Shown here piece after piece: positions 44,793 to 57,400 of a stretch of 64,000 nt of DNA. Each line of letters starts with the position of its first letter. The stretch's first letter is position 1. This stretch comes from Alphaproteobacteria bacterium (GTDB lineage: Bacteria; Pseudomonadota; Alphaproteobacteria; MPNO01). Below the pieces are notes generated by a model. That model did no database searches. It saw only the letters and a program-made list of their open reading frames with translations, and was not told the DNA's origin. The position numbers were made by a program, and so were the translations under genes. The stretch is taken from the NCBI GenBank assembly GCA_965248835.1, contig CBDFLJ010000002.1, forward strand, positions 1,248,001-1,312,000, in the 5' to 3' direction.

Positions 44793-47081
44793 CTATAACC
44801 TCGCCCCGAAACTGAAATGGATGAGCTGGCGCTCGTCGAAGCTCTCATCGAGCAGCGGCTTGGCGATGTTGATTTGGATCGGTCCCAAGGGCGACCACCA
44901 ACCTATGCCAACGCCGACGCTCATCCGCAAGCTGCCGGTGTCTTTGATCCCGTCGAAGCGCCCCTCGGTTCCGCCCAGGCTGCCGAAATCGCTGAACACG
45001 CGGCCGCGGATCCCGAATTCGTTGGGCAGGCCCAGCGGGAAGAACACCCCGAGCGTGCCGCGGTAGAACCATTTTCCGCCGACCGCATCGCCAGTGGTGG
45101 TGTCGCGCGGGCCGACGCCGGCGATGGTAAAGCCGCGCAGGTCCTCGCCACCCAAAAAGAACCGGTCGAGGATCCGGATATCGTCGCCCAGGCCGAAGAT
45201 ATAGCCTCCGCCGATTCCGGTGAAGGCGGTCAGGTCCTCGGTCATGGGATAGAATGCCTCGGCCCAGACCTCGTTCTTCAGGAAGCGTTCAGTCCCGCCG
45301 ATGCCGGCGAACTCGTTGTCCAGGCTGACCAGCACACCGCTTTTGGTATCGAAGCGGGAATCCCGCGTGTCATAGGCTAGCACATGGCCGATCGCCGAGA
45401 CCGAGCTGTTGCCCGCCTGGTCCCGAATTTCCGGCGAGGCGTTGGCGCTGATGTCGGTGACGTCGTCGCGGCGCAGTGTGTAGCGCCAGCGCTCCGAGAC
45501 ATTCTCGTTGACCTTGTAGCCGACGCGCAGCCGGAAGCCGAGCGTGTCGCGGTCGAAGGAGCTTTCGCTCTGGAGGTCACGCGCGGTGCTGAACAGATCG
45601 AACCCGGCGCTGAGGTTCCGATCCAGGAAATACGGCTCGGTGAAGCCGAGATCGATCTGCTGCTGGCGCTGGCCGAGCTGAAGGCTGAGGCGCAGGTCCT
45701 GGCCTCGACCGACGAGGTTGCGCTCTCGGAGCGTAATGTCGCCGAGCACGCCGCTGGACGAGGAATATCCGGCGCCGAAGGAAATTTCGCCGGTCGACTG
45801 CTCCTTGACGTCGACTTCGATGACCGTCCGGTCAGGCGCGGATCCCGGCACGTTATTGACCGCAATCTCCTGGAAGAATCCCAGGTTGCGCAGGTCGCGC
45901 CTGGCGCGTCGGATGTGCTCGGTATTGAACGCATCGCCCTCGACGATGCGGAACTCGCGGCGCAGCACCTGGTCCTGCGTGCGCACGTTGCCGCGGATAT
46001 CGATCCGCTCGACGAAGACCCTCGGGCCCTCCTGGATGTTGAAGGTGATGTTGATCCGGCGCTCCTCGCGCTCGCGCCGTACCCGCGGCCGAACATCGAC
46101 GAAGGCATAGCCGACCTTGCCGGCGGCATCGGAGAGCTTGCCAATGGTGCGCTCGACGGCATCGGCGTCGTACCAATCCCCCTCGTCGAACTCGAGCTTC
46201 TGCTTGAGCACCTGCGGATCGAGGTCCCGCAAAGCGGTAGAGATTTCGAGCTTGCCGAACTTGTAGCGTTCGCCCTCCTCGATCGTGAACGTGATGAAAA
46301 AAGCCTCACGGTCGGGCGCCAGCTCGGCCACCGCGGAGACCACGCGGAAATCGGCATAGCCTTCGCTGAGATACTTGCGCCGCAGCAGCTCGCGATCGAA
46401 GGTCAGGCGGTCCGGGTCGTAGCTGTCGCCGCCGGACAGGAAGCGCCAAAATGCGGACTCCTTGGTCTCGATCACCCCGCGCAACGTGCTGTCCGAAAAT
46501 CGACGGTTGCCGATGAAGGTGATTGAGCGGATGCCGGTAAGGCTGCCCTCTTCGATCTCGAGGACCAGATCCACCCGGTTCTGCGGTAGCTGGATGACCT
46601 TGGGCACGACACGGGCCGCGAACCGGCCGCTACGCCGGTAGATCTCGATGATCCGCTGGACATCGGCCTGTACCCGCGTGCGGGTGAACACCACGCGCGG
46701 CTGCAGCCTGATCTCCTGCATGAGCGAGTCGTCTTCGATCCGTTTGTTGCCCTCGAAGGCGATGCGGTTGATGATCGGGTTCTCGACGACGCGGACGATC
46801 ACGCTCGCGCCTTCGCCACGGATCGTCACGTCGGCGAACAGGCCGGTGGCGAACAGCGCCTTGAGGGATTTGTCGAACGCCTCCTCGTCGGCGACATCGC
46901 CACGCTTGAAGGTCATATAGGACCTTATGGTCTCTGCCTCGATCCGCTGCGAGCCTTCGACCTGGATCCGTTCGACTATCCGCTCACCCGTCTGCGCGCC
47001 GGCCAGACCTGCCAAAAGGCAGGCAAGCCCGATGACCGCAATCGCCCATCGCCCTGAAACCCGGCCCGCCATCGAAGGCAC
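44793..47081 (-). CDS. bamA: Outer membrane protein assembly factor BamA
   Basis: POTRA repeats, EQSTGEISFGAG, FTEPYF, LRGF, WWSPLGP. Confidence 0.97.
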   Translation of the reverse strand: MPSMAGRVSGRWAIAVIGLACLLAGLAGAQTGERIVERIQVEGSQRIEAETIRSYMTFKRGDVADEEAFDKSLKALFATGLFADVTIRGEGASVIVRVVENPIINRIAFEGNKRIEDDSLMQEIRLQPRVVFTRTRVQADVQRIIEIYRRSGRFAARVVPKVIQLPQNRVDLVLEIEEGSLTGIRSITFIGNRRFSDSTLRGVIETKESAFWRFLSGGDSYDPDRLTFDRELLRRKYLSEGYADFRVVSAVAELAPDREAFFITFTIEEGERYKFGKLEISTALRDLDPQVLKQKLEFDEGDWYDADAVERTIGKLSDAAGKVGYAFVDVRPRVRREREERRINITFNIQEGPRVFVERIDIRGNVRTQDQVLRREFRIVEGDAFNTEHIRRARRDLRNLGFFQEIAVNNVPGSAPDRTVIEVDVKEQSTGEISFGAGYSSSSGVLGDITLRERNLVGRGQDLRLSLQLGQRQQQIDLGFTEPYFLDRNLSAGFDLFSTARDLQSESSFDRDTLGFRLRVGYKVNENVSERWRYTLRRDDVTDISANASPEIRDQAGNSSVSAIGHVLAYDTRDSRFDTKSGVLVSLDNEFAGIGGTERFLKNEVWAEAFYPMTEDLTAFTGIGGGYIFGLGDDIRILDRFFLGGEDLRGFTIAGVGPRDTTTGDAVGGKWFYRGTLGVFFPLGLPNEFGIRGRVFSDFGSLGGTEGRFDGIKDTGSLRMSVGVGIGWWSPLGPIQINIAKPLLDESFDERQLIHFSFGARL

Positions 47082-48257
47082 TCAGGTCACTAGCTCGACA
47101 AAGAAATCGAACACCCTCAGCTGCACCAGGTCGTTCCATGTCACGAAGATCATCAACGCCAAGACCATCGCAAGGCCCAGACGATAACCGTACTCGCGGG
47201 CGCGCCGGCCGAGCGGCCGTCTGGCAACGGCTTCGATCGCATAGAACATCAAGTGTCCACCATCCAACATCGGGATCGGGAAAAGATTAATCAGCCCCAG
47301 ATTGATCGACAAGGCGGCGACGAACAATAGCATGCTGACCACGCCAGCCTGCCAAACATCCCCGGATATCTGGGCGATCCGCAAAGGACCGCCGAGCTCG
47401 CTGGCGTCTCGGGTTCCAGTGAACATCTGTCCCAGAGCCTGGAAGATGCCCCCGATCATCGAGAACATGTCATGGACCGCGCGCACCACCGCGGTTGCCG
47501 GGTCGTGACGGACGATATGGACCGGCCCGCCGCTGCGACTGACGCCGAGCCGGCCGATCAGCTCACGCGTGCCGAAACTGTTGGTCTGGCGGATCGCGTC
47601 GGGAACGGCGGTCAGCACGACGGTGCGACCATCCCGCTCGACCTCGATTTGCAGCCTTTCGCCGGGCGCAATGCGCACGATGCGCACGACCTGCTCGAAC
47701 CGGTCGATCACGGTACCGTCGATCTTCGTGATCGAGTCTCCGGGCTTGAAGCCCGCACGCTCGGCCGCGCTGTCGGGCACGACGGCGGAAATGTTCGCCG
47801 GCGTGGACGGCTCGCCGACGGTGGCAAAGATCGCTGCCAAGATGAGGATGGCGAACAGGAAGTTCGCCAGCGGGCCAGCGGCGACGATCGCGGCGCGGCG
47901 CCACAGCGCCTTGGTATGGAAGCTCGCCCGGCGCTCCTCGTCGCTCGCGTCCGCGTCCGCCTCTGCGGTTTCCGGCCCGGCGATCATCTCGCCGAACATC
48001 TTCACGTAGCCGCCGATCGGAACCGCGCTGAACCTCCAGCGAGTCGCCTGGGAGTCGGTCCAGCCATAGAGTTCCGGGCCGAAGCCGATCGAGAACACCT
48101 CGACCCGCACGCCGCACCACCGCGCGACGAGGTAATGGCCCATTTCGTGGACGAACACCAGCGCCGTGAGCGCGACCAGGAAGGGAATCACGTAGTCGAT
48201 CAAGAAGCCCGCAAACGACAGCGCGAGACCTCCCAGGCCGGTCGCAACGTCGATCAC
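47082..48257 (-). CDS. rseP: RIP metalloprotease RseP
   Basis: HEMGH, FSIGFG, GGYVKM, PDZ domain, NLFPIPMLDGGH. Confidence 0.96.
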   Translation of the reverse strand: MIDVATGLGGLALSFAGFLIDYVIPFLVALTALVFVHEMGHYLVARWCGVRVEVFSIGFGPELYGWTDSQATRWRFSAVPIGGYVKMFGEMIAGPETAEADADASDEERRASFHTKALWRRAAIVAAGPLANFLFAILILAAIFATVGEPSTPANISAVVPDSAAERAGFKPGDSITKIDGTVIDRFEQVVRIVRIAPGERLQIEVERDGRTVVLTAVPDAIRQTNSFGTRELIGRLGVSRSGGPVHIVRHDPATAVVRAVHDMFSMIGGIFQALGQMFTGTRDASELGGPLRIAQISGDVWQAGVVSMLLFVAALSINLGLINLFPIPMLDGGHLMFYAIEAVARRPLGRRAREYGYRLGLAMVLALMIFVTWNDLVQLRVFDFFVELVT

Positions 48258-48281
48258 GCGATACGCTCCCGGTTTCGCGAT

Positions 48282-49475
48282 CTAGGCATCGACGTGCGCA
48301 GACGCGGTCAACACGCCGGCGCGCCGGCGGGCCTGAGCGTCCGCGGCGTAGACGTCATCGAGGCAGGAAAACGGCAACCCCGGCAGTTCCTCCAGAGTCT
48401 CCGCGACGATGCGCGTGATTTCGAGGAAACCGATCCGGCCATCCAGGAACCCGCTCACCGCAACTTCGTTGGCGGCGTTGAGCACCGCCGGCGACGCGCC
48501 ACCCGCCTCGAGTGCTTGGCGCGCGAGATCCAAGGCCGGAAACCGCTGCGGATCGGGATCTTCGAAGCTCAAAGTGGCGATGCTCGCGAGGTCGAGCCGT
48601 TCGCTGGGCGCAGCCATCCGCCGCGGCCAGTTAAGCCCGTACGAGATCGGCGTGCGCATGTCGGGCGTGCCGAGCTGTGCAAGCATGGAGCCGTCAACGT
48701 AGGCGACCAAGGAATGGATGATCGACTGCGGATGGATGATGATCTCGATCCGGTCCTGAGGCAGGCCGAAGAGGTAGTAGGCCTCGATCAACTCCAGGCC
48801 CTTGTTCATCATCGTCGCCGAATCCACGGATATCTTCTTTCCCATGTCCCAATTGGGGTGGGCGACCGCTTCGGCCGGGGTCGCCTGGGCGATGCGCTCG
48901 AGCGGGGTGGTCCGAAACGGCCCGCCCGAGGCGGTCAGTATGATCCGCTCGATGCTGTCCCGGTCGTCGAAATCGAACACCTGGAAGATCGCGTTGTGCT
49001 CGGAATCGACCGGGATCAACGCCGTGCCGCTTTTCGCGATTTCGTCCATGAACAGCCTGCCGGCGCAGACCAGGCATTCCTTGTTGGCCAACGCGACGAT
49101 CGCCCCGCGGCGTACGGCGGCGAGCGTTGGAGCAAGACCGGCGGCTCCGACGATGCCGGCCATCACCCACTCAGCAGGCCGGTGGCCCGCCTCGATCAGC
49201 GCCTCGGACCCGGCTGCGGGCTCGATATCCGTCCCCGATAACGCTCCGGCAAGCTCGGCGTACCGGTCCGGATCGGCGATGACGGCCAAACGCGCGCCAA
49301 GGCGCCGGGCCTGTTCCGCCAGCAGGCGGACGTTCGTGTTGCCCGTCAGCGCAACGACGTCATAGTCTTCCCTGTTCCGTTCGATGAGATCGATGGTGCT
49401 ACGGCCGATCGAGCCGGTCGAGCCGAGGATGGTCACCGTGCGAGGTCCCGGGCTGCGATCCGCGGTGGTGCTCAC
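48282..49475 (-). CDS. dxr: 1-deoxy-D-xylulose-5-phosphate reductoisomerase
   Basis: ILGSTGSIG, LANKE, PVDSEH, TASGGPF, KISVDSATMMNKGLE; GTG start overlapping cdsA stop. Confidence 0.97.
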   Translation of the reverse strand: MSTTADRSPGPRTVTILGSTGSIGRSTIDLIERNREDYDVVALTGNTNVRLLAEQARRLGARLAVIADPDRYAELAGALSGTDIEPAAGSEALIEAGHRPAEWVMAGIVGAAGLAPTLAAVRRGAIVALANKECLVCAGRLFMDEIAKSGTALIPVDSEHNAIFQVFDFDDRDSIERIILTASGGPFRTTPLERIAQATPAEAVAHPNWDMGKKISVDSATMMNKGLELIEAYYLFGLPQDRIEIIIHPQSIIHSLVAYVDGSMLAQLGTPDMRTPISYGLNWPRRMAAPSERLDLASIATLSFEDPDPQRFPALDLARQALEAGGASPAVLNAANEVAVSGFLDGRIGFLEITRIVAETLEELPGLPFSCLDDVYAADAQARRRAGVLTASAHVDA

Positions 49476-50290
49476 CACGCGAAAATCCCCCCTTCGCTGA
49501 GCAAGACCAGCCCGACCAGTAGCGGTGCGGCGGTCAACATCCCGTCGAGGCGGTCGAGCACCCCGCCGTGGCCGGGGATCAGGTTGCTTGCATCCTTGGC
49601 GCCGAACCGGCGCTTGACGAATGATATGGCAAGGTCGCCGCTCTGGGCCACAATTGCCATGCAACCGCCGAGCAGGGCGAACAGCGCCGGATTCACGGCG
49701 CCAAACCAGAACCCGCAGACGATGCCCCACAACGCCGAGCCGATGACCGCCCCGATCAGCCCGGACCAGGTCTTTTGCGGGCTGATCCTGGAAGCCAGGC
49801 GCTTTCCGCCGATCATCCGGCCGGTGACGAAGGCCACTATGTCGGTCACCCAGATCGAGCCGATCAGCCAGAAGGCGGTTGCCAGCCCGTCGGCAGGCAA
49901 GCCGCGCAGCCATGCGAGTGCCGCGCACGGAAAGCCGATGACGATCGGCCCGGCCGAGATCCAGGCGGGGTGATTACGCTGCGAGGCCGTGGCGGCTGCG
50001 TAGGCGGCGCCGGCACCGAGAACCAGCGCAAGCGTGACGATATCGAAGCGCCGTGCCCAGGCCGCGATCCCGGCCACGAGGATGGCCAGCACCATGGTCC
50101 AGCCGCTGAGCCCGAACCGCTGATCGCCGCATAGACGGTCCCATTCCCAGACCATCAGAATCGCTGCGATGGTCAGGATGATCTCGAAAACCGGGGTGCC
50201 CAGATAGATTGCCGCGAGGGCCAGCGGTGCCAAGATCAGCGTGGAGACAAACCGTCGGCGCAGTTCGGGTTCTGCTGGACTATCCTGCAC
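49472..50290 (-). CDS. cdsA: Phosphatidate cytidylyltransferase
   Basis: [32 protein letters not shown]; start approximate. Confidence 0.95.
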   Translation of the reverse strand: MQDSPAEPELRRRFVSTLILAPLALAAIYLGTPVFEIILTIAAILMVWEWDRLCGDQRFGLSGWTMVLAILVAGIAAWARRFDIVTLALVLGAGAAYAAATASQRNHPAWISAGPIVIGFPCAALAWLRGLPADGLATAFWLIGSIWVTDIVAFVTGRMIGGKRLASRISPQKTWSGLIGAVIGSALWGIVCGFWFGAVNPALFALLGGCMAIVAQSGDLAISFVKRRFGAKDASNLIPGHGGVLDRLDGMLTAAPLLVGLVLLSEGGIFAW

Positions 50291-51017
50291 CGGTTGCCCC
50301 GAATCGACGCTCGCGTCGGTGGAATTCGCGCACGGCGGACTCGAAATCTTCCCGCGAGAAGTCCGGCCAGAGCGTGTCGGTGAACACCAGCTCGGAATAG
50401 GCGCACTGCCACAACAGGAAGTTGCTGATCCGCTGCTCACCGCTGGTACGGATCAACAGATCGGGATCGGGGATGTTGCAGGTATACAGGTTGCGGTCGA
50501 GCGCGGCGTCATCGATGGCATCGGGCTCGATCTCGCCGGCGACCGCCTGGCGGGCCAGAGTGCGGGCAGCGCGAGTGATCTCCTGCCGCCCGCCGTAGCT
50601 CAACGCGATGATCAGGGTCAGCCGCGTGTTGCGCCGAGTGCGCTGTTCGGCCATTTCGATCAGGGTGACGATGTCGTTGGCCAGCCGGTCGCGGTCGCCA
50701 ATGAAGCGGATGCGCACGCCCTCGCGGTCGAGTTCGCCGACCTCGCGGCGGAGATAGAGCCGCAGCAGACCCATCAGATCGGTGATCTCGGTCTTCGGCC
50801 GCTTCCAGTTCTCGTTGGAAAAACCGTACAGCGTCAGGAACGACACGCCCAGCTCGACGGCGCTCCTGACGGCGGTCCTGATTGCCTCGGCGCCCTGCTG
50901 ATGGCCGCCCGCGCGCGACAGCTTGCGTGCCTTGGCCCATCGTCCGTTGCCATCCATGATGACCGCCACGTGGACCGGCGGCGGCGGCGAAGCGGCATGT
51001 GAAGGGACTGCTTTCAT
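50280..51017 (-). CDS. uppS: Undecaprenyl diphosphate synthase
   Basis: [38 protein letters not shown]. Confidence 0.97.
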   Translation of the reverse strand: MKAVPSHAASPPPPVHVAVIMDGNGRWAKARKLSRAGGHQQGAEAIRTAVRSAVELGVSFLTLYGFSNENWKRPKTEITDLMGLLRLYLRREVGELDREGVRIRFIGDRDRLANDIVTLIEMAEQRTRRNTRLTLIIALSYGGRQEITRAARTLARQAVAGEIEPDAIDDAALDRNLYTCNIPDPDLLIRTSGEQRISNFLLWQCAYSELVFTDTLWPDFSREDFESAVREFHRRERRFGATGAG

Positions 51018-51022
51018 CGATA

Positions 51023-51580
51023 TCAGACCTGCATTATTTCCTTTTCCTTAGTCGACAACGTCTCATCGATGACCTTGGTCGTCGAATTGGTCAGTTGCTG
51101 GATCTCTTCCGACCAGGCCCGTTGATCGTCCTGAGAGATTTCGCCTTCTTTTTCCATCCGTCTCAGCTTCTCGATTCCGTCGCGGCGAACATTGCGTACC
51201 GCGACCCGTGCCTGTTCGGCGTATTTGTTGGCAACCTTGGTCATCTCGACCCGCCGCTCCTCGGTAAGCTGCGGGATCGGCACCCGTACAAGGTTGCCCT
51301 CGGTCTGCGGGTTCAGACCGAGCCCGGAATCGCGAACGGCTTTCTCGACCGCGCCGGCCAGGCCCTGGTCCCATACCTGTACCGTCAGCATCCTGGGATC
51401 CGGCACGCCGATCGTGCCCACCTGACTGATCGGCATCTTGCTGCCATATGCATCGATCATCACCGGCTCCAGCAGGGCCGCCGACGCCCGGCCGGCCCGC
51501 AAACCGGCCAATTCGCGTTTGAGCGCTTCGATGGCACCCTTCATCCGCCGTTCGATGTCGGCGATGTCAGGTTCGGCCAT
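51023..51580 (-). CDS. frr: Ribosome recycling factor
   Basis: [26 protein letters not shown]; GGGAGG RBS before MAEP. Confidence 0.97.
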   Translation of the reverse strand: MAEPDIADIERRMKGAIEALKRELAGLRAGRASAALLEPVMIDAYGSKMPISQVGTIGVPDPRMLTVQVWDQGLAGAVEKAVRDSGLGLNPQTEGNLVRVPIPQLTEERRVEMTKVANKYAEQARVAVRNVRRDGIEKLRRMEKEGEISQDDQRAWSEEIQQLTNSTTKVIDETLSTKEKEIMQV

Positions 51581-52298
51581 GGCCTCCCTCCCCCTCGCAG
51601 ATAATGGTAAACGTACCATTGCCGCTCACGATATCGGCGAATGCGCCCGAATTCTGTAACGAAAAAACCAGAATCGGTATCTTGTTTTCGCGCGCCAGGG
51701 AAACCGCAGAGGCATCCATCACCTTGAGGTCGCGGGAAAGCACCTCCAGGTAGTCCAGGCGGTCATAGCGCACTGCATCGGGCACGATCTTCGGATCGGC
51801 GGAGTAGACTCCGTCAACCTGGGTTCCCTTGAACAACGCATCGCAGCCCATCTCGGAGGCCCGCAGCGCCGCCGCCGTGTCGGTGCTGAAGAACGGATTC
51901 CCGGTGCCCGCGGCGAAGATGACCACCCGCCCCTTCTCCATGTGGCGGATCGCGCGGCGGCGTATGTAGGGCTCGCACACCGATTCGATAGGCACCGCGG
52001 ACTGTACGCGGGTCTTCACGCCGTGGCGCTCGAGCACGCCCTGCAGCGCCAGAGCGTTGATCACCGTCGCTAGCATGCCGATATAGTCTGCGGTCGCCCG
52101 TTCCATGCCTTGGGAAGCGCCGAAGACCCCACGGAAGAAGTTGCCGCCGCCGATGACCACGCACAGCTCCACCCCCAGCCCGACGACGGAACGGATCTCC
52201 TCCGAGATCCGATCGACCGTCCCGGTGTGGATGCCGAACTGTCCGGGCCCCATGAGGGCCTCGCCGGACAACTTGAGCAGGATCCGTCTATAGGTCAC
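51567..52298 (-). CDS. pyrH: UMP kinase
   Basis: [27 protein letters not shown]. Confidence 0.97.
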   Translation of the reverse strand: MTYRRILLKLSGEALMGPGQFGIHTGTVDRISEEIRSVVGLGVELCVVIGGGNFFRGVFGASQGMERATADYIGMLATVINALALQGVLERHGVKTRVQSAVPIESVCEPYIRRRAIRHMEKGRVVIFAAGTGNPFFSTDTAAALRASEMGCDALFKGTQVDGVYSADPKIVPDAVRYDRLDYLEVLSRDLKVMDASAVSLARENKIPILVFSLQNSGAFADIVSGNGTFTIICEGEGGHGRT

Positions 52299-52347
52299 TC
52301 TCGGGCGTCCTCGACACGGTCGTTATTGCGGCACCGGCGGTTTGGGC

Positions 52348-53271
52348 TCAGCCTCCTAGAGTCGCGGCGACTTCGGCCGCGAAATCTTCCTCCTTGCGCT
52401 CTATGCCTTCGCCCAAGGCAAAGCGGACGAACCCCTTGACGACGATCGGGGCGCCGATCTCCTCGGCCACCACCTCGACCGCCTTGGCGACCTTGGTCTC
52501 GCCATCGATCACGAAAGTCTGCTCGAGCAACACGGCCTCCTCGAAGAATTTGCGCAGCCGACCCTCGACCATCTTCTCGATGATCTGCTCCGGCCTGCCG
52601 CTCGCCCGGGCCTGCTCGCTGAGCACGTCGCGCTCGCGCTCGAGGGCTGTGGCATCGACGTCATCGATCGAGATCCATTGCGGGCTCGCCGCTGCGACGT
52701 GCATCGCAAGCTGTCTTGCAAGCGCGTCCAGCCGCTCCGAACCGCCGGTCGACTCCAGCCCGACCAGGACCGCGATCCGCCCCAGACCAGTCGCCACCGC
52801 GTTGTGCACATAGCTGCCGATCACGCCGTTCCCGATCGACAGGGTTTCTGCGCGACGGAGCGAAATGTTCTCGCCGATCCGTGCGATCAGATCGGTCAGC
52901 GCCCCACCGACCGTCTTGCCGTCGGCCATTGGTGAGTCCGCCACCACGTCGATCCCGCCCGGCCTGTTGAGCGCGATCGCCGCCACCGCGGAGACGAAGG
53001 CTTGGAATTCCTCGTTGCGCCCGACGAAATCCGTCTCGGCATTGACCTCGACCACCGCGCCGCGTTTGCCGTCGGCCGCAGCCGCGACCAGACCCTCGGC
53101 GGCGACTCGGCCGGCCTTCTTCGCCGCCGCGGCCAAGCCTTTCTTGCGCAGCCAATCGACCGCGGCATCCATGTCCGCATCGCTCTCCGCCAGCGCCTTC
53201 TTGCAGTCCATCATGCCCGCACCGGTCTTCTCGCGGAGCTCTTTGACCAGACCTGCGGAAATTTGCGCCAT
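52348..53271 (-). CDS. tsf: Elongation factor Ts
   Basis: [21 protein letters not shown]. Confidence 0.98.
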   Translation of the reverse strand: MAQISAGLVKELREKTGAGMMDCKKALAESDADMDAAVDWLRKKGLAAAAKKAGRVAAEGLVAAAADGKRGAVVEVNAETDFVGRNEEFQAFVSAVAAIALNRPGGIDVVADSPMADGKTVGGALTDLIARIGENISLRRAETLSIGNGVIGSYVHNAVATGLGRIAVLVGLESTGGSERLDALARQLAMHVAAASPQWISIDDVDATALERERDVLSEQARASGRPEQIIEKMVEGRLRKFFEEAVLLEQTFVIDGETKVAKAVEVVAEEIGAPIVVKGFVRFALGEGIERKEEDFAAEVAATLGG

Positions 53272-53351
53272 CGCTTCCTCGCTAAACCGCGCGGGCCCGG
53301 ATCGAGCCCGCAGCTTCTCCCCTAGATGCGGCGGATGGAGCCGGCCGGTTG

Positions 53352-54209
53352 CTAACCGGCCGCTTGGTCGGGCTCCGGTGCGCTCGTCACATCGTCCAGC
53401 GGTGCCGGGACCACCTCCTCGGCACCCGGCGCGGAACCGGCATCTTCGGCCACGTCATCGGCCGGCAACTCGCCCGCCGGCACGTCCTCGGCCTCACCGA
53501 TATCGGATCCCGTCGCGATCGCCTCCTGCTGCAGGCCGTCGAGCACCGCCCTGGAGACCAAATCGCAATATAGCGCGATCGATCGGATCGCATCGTCGTT
53601 GCCGGGGATCATGTAGGCGATACCCTGCGGGTCGGAGTTGCTGTCTATCACCCCGACCACCGGGATGTTGAGCTTGGCCGCCTCCTGGATCGCGATCGCC
53701 TCTTTGTTGGTGTCGATCACGAACAGGACGTCGGGCAGGCCGCCCATCTCCTTGATGCCGCCGAGCGCGCGTTGCAGCTTCTCACGCTCTCGGGTCAGCC
53801 CCAGCAGCTCCTTCTTGGTCAGGCCCGATCCGGCTTCCGACAGGGTCTCGTCGAGCTGATGCAGCCGTTTGATCGAGGCGGTGATCGTCTTCCAGTTGGT
53901 CAGCGTGCCGCCGAGCCAGCGATGATTGACGAAATACTGGCCGCAGCGCACCGCCGAGTCCGCGATCAGGTCGGAAGCCTGGCGCTTTGTGCCGACAAAC
54001 AGCACCCGCCCGCCCGCCGCGGTGATCTCGCGGATCGCCGCCAGCGCCGCAAACAGCATCGGCATCGTCTGCTGCAGGTCGACGATGTGCACCCCGTTAC
54101 GCACGCCGAACAGATAGGGCGCCATCTTGGGGTTCCACCGCCTGGTATGGTGTCCGAAATGCACGCCGGCTTCGAGAAGCTGGCGCATGGTGAACTCGGG
54201 TATCGCCAT
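53352..54209 (-). CDS. rpsB: 30S ribosomal protein S2
   Basis: [30 protein letters not shown]. Confidence 0.98.
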   Translation of the reverse strand: MAIPEFTMRQLLEAGVHFGHHTRRWNPKMAPYLFGVRNGVHIVDLQQTMPMLFAALAAIREITAAGGRVLFVGTKRQASDLIADSAVRCGQYFVNHRWLGGTLTNWKTITASIKRLHQLDETLSEAGSGLTKKELLGLTREREKLQRALGGIKEMGGLPDVLFVIDTNKEAIAIQEAAKLNIPVVGVIDSNSDPQGIAYMIPGNDDAIRSIALYCDLVSRAVLDGLQQEAIATGSDIGEAEDVPAGELPADDVAEDAGSAPGAEEVVPAPLDDVTSAPEPDQAAG

Positions 54210-54221
54210 GATCAAAGGTCC

Positions 54222-54332
54222 TTATCCGGTTGGGCCGCCGCGAGCACAAGAGCGGGCGCCGGAATTCAGCCCGGCCACCGCCCACCGGATGGGGTACAAG
54301 ACCGCACTCCCCAACGCTCGCGTGTGGATTTG
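54222..54332 (-). promoter_or_regulatory. Putative rpsB leader (S2 autoregulatory / t44-like RNA)
   Basis: GC-rich 5' region with CCACACGCG near its start and CGCGGCGGCCCAACCGG near the RBS, resembling proteobacterial rpsB leaders as recalled; not tested with a covariance model. Confidence 0.45.
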
Positions 54333-54406
54333 AAGTGGCAGTTTGATAAACCCGAAACCGCCGAACCGCAAGACTTTTCAAGCCGATCGGGCGCCCCGTG
54401 CGGGTC

Positions 54407-57400
54407 TCAGGCCTCGATCACCGAAGATACGCCGCTGAGTGATCCGAGGCGGTCGGACGCCTCGGCCGGCACCGCATAACCGCCCGGCAGCACCAGTTCG
54501 ACCTCGCGGGCAGCCTCGATGCCGATCACCAGGCTCACCCGGCCGCAGCCGGGCTGCCATGCCGCGATCTGGCCGCGCACGCTCTCTAGACAGTCCGGAT
54601 CATCGATGCGGACCTGAATCCCGGTTTCAATCCGTTTGACGACCTCGTCCAACGCCTCGATCTTCTGGGCCATCAACCGAACGCCCTCGCCGTCGGAGCG
54701 GACCTCGGCGGTGACCAGCACCCGTGCGTTGGGCTCCAACAACGCGCGCGCGCCGGCCAAGAGCTCCGAGAACGCGAGCACCTCGTATGCCCCGGCGGTG
54801 TCGGCGAGCCGGATATAGGCAAACCGGTTGCCCTTGGACGAGGTCCGTTCCTGGCGCCCGAGAACGACCCCGGCAAGCCGCTTGGTGTCGCCCTGGGCCA
54901 CCTCCGCCACGGCATTGGAAGGGACCACGCGAAGCCGGCTCAGCCGCGCGCCGTAGGCATCCAGCGGATGGGCGGAAAGATAGAAACCCACCGCCTCGAA
55001 CTCCTGGTCGAGCCGTTCCATCGGCGACCAGTCGGCGATGTCGGGACGGCCCGCCCCAAGCGGTGCGAGCTCCCTGGCGGCCTCGCCGAACAGGTTGGCC
55101 TGGCTGGTCTGGCGCTCCTCGGCCGCGGTCTGTCCGAGCTTCGCCAGGAGATCGATGCTCTCGAAGAGCTGCCGCCGGTTGGGGTTCAGGCAATCCAACG
55201 CACCCGCGCGCACCAGGTTCTCCATCTGGCGGCGGTTGGCCATCCGCCCGCCCAGGCGGCGAGCGAAATCGAACTCGTCGGTGAACGTGCCGTTCCGCTC
55301 GCGCTCGTCGAGAAGGTCGGCCATCGCCTGTTCGCCGACATTCCTGATTGCCGCAAGGGAATAGCGGATCGCAGGCTTTGCGGCGCCGTTGCTGGCCGGC
55401 TCGACTGCGAACGAGACTTCCGACCGGTTGACGTCGGGCGGCAGCAACGGCACGCCGAGACGGTCGAGCTCGTGGCGAAACGCACTCAGCTTGTCGGTAT
55501 TGCCGACATCGAGCGACATCAGGGCGGCCAAGAACTCGACCGGGTAGTTGGCCTTCAACCAAGCGGTCTGGTAGGCGACCAGCGCATAGGCCGCGGCGTG
55601 AGACTTGTTGAAACCGTAGCCGGCGAACTTGTCGACCAGCTCGAAGATCTGCTCAGCCTTGGCGGCATCGACCCCGCGGGCGGTGGCACCTTCGACGAAG
55701 GCGCCGCGCTGGGCCTTCATCTCGGCCTTGATCTTCTTGCCCATCGCGCGCCGCAGCAAGTCGGCTGCGGCCAGGCTGAAGCCCGACAGGCGCTGGGCGA
55801 TCTGCATGACCTGTTCCTGATAGATGATCACGCCGAATGTCTCGCGCAGGATCTCTTCCAGGTCCGGATGCAGGTAATCGGGCTCCTCACGGCCGTGCTT
55901 GCAGGCGTTGTAGCGTGGGATGTTGTCCATCGGCCCGGGCCGGTAGAGCGCGACCAGAGCGATCAGGTCCTCGAAGCAATCGGGCTTCATCTGGCGCAGT
56001 ACGTCGCGCATGCCCGCGCTTTCCATCTGGAACACCCCGGTGGCATCGCCGCGGCCGAGCATCGCGTAGGTCGCCGGATCGTCGAGCGGCAGGGACAGCA
56101 GGTCGGGCGGGCTTTCCCGTCGGGCGATAAACTTCAGCGCCCTGTCGAGGACGGTGAGCGTCTTCAGTCCAAGAAAGTCGAACTTCACCAGACCGGCCAA
56201 CTCGGTGTATTTCATCGAGAACTGGGTCGCCGGCAATTCCGAACGCGGATCGCGATAGAGCGGGATCAGTTCCGTCAACGGCCGGTCGGCGATCACCACG
56301 CCCGCAGCATGGGTCGAGGTGTGGCGGTATAGGCCTTCCAGTTTCATCGCGATGTCGATCAGCCGGGCGACGGTCTCGTCGCCGTTGCGGATCTGGCGAA
56401 GCTGCGGCTCCTGCTCCAACGCCTGGGCCAGTGTCGGCGGCTTGGCCGGGTTGAACGGCACGAGCTTGCAGATCCGGTCGACCTGGCCGTAGGGCATGCC
56501 GAGGACACGACCGACATCGCGCAGTGCCGCACGGGCCTGGAGGGTCCCGAAGGTGATGATCTGGGCGACCCTGTCGGCGCCGTACTTGTCCTGAACGTAG
56601 GCGATCACCTCGTCGCGCCGGTCCTGGCAGAAGTCGATGTCGAAGTCCGGCATGGAGACCCTGTCCGGGTTGAGGAAGCGCTCGAACAGGAGGCCGAACC
56701 GCAGCGGATCGAGGTCGGTGATGGTGAGCGCCCACGCAACGACGGATCCGGCACCGGAACCGCGCCCGGGACCGACCGGGATGTGCTGCTGCTTGGCCCA
56801 TTGGATGAAGTCGGCAACGATCAGAAAATAGCCCGGAAAGCCCATCGAAATGATCACGTCGAGCTCAAATTCGAGTCGTTCGAAATAGGGTTCGGGATCG
56901 ACGTGCAATTTCGCCAACCGCGCCTCGAGCCCCGAACGGGCGGCCGCGCGCAGCGCATCGGCCTCGCTCCTGCCCTCGGCGTCTTCGAAGCCGGGCAGGA
57001 TCGGATCGTGGGGCCGGGGCATGAAGGCGCAGCGTTGGGCAATCACCACGGTGTTGTCGACCGCTTCGGGCAGGTCGGCGAAGACCGCGCGCATCTCCGC
57101 TGCATCGCGAAACCGATGGTCGGGTGTCAGCCGCCTGCGTTCGGTATCGGCGACGTGGGTGCCCTGGGCGATGCACAGCAGCACGTCATGGGCCTCATAC
57201 ATCGAGGCGTCGGCGAAATAGATGTCGTTGGTCGCGACCAGCGGCAGGTCGTGGGTCATCGCCAGGTCGATCAAGTCATCCTCGATCCGGCGCTCGATCT
57301 CTTCTCCGTGGCGGGTGAGCTCGATATAAAGCCGGCCGGGGAACGCGCCGCGAAGCTGCTGCAGCACCCCGCTCGCCTTTTGCACCTGGCCGTCGGCGAG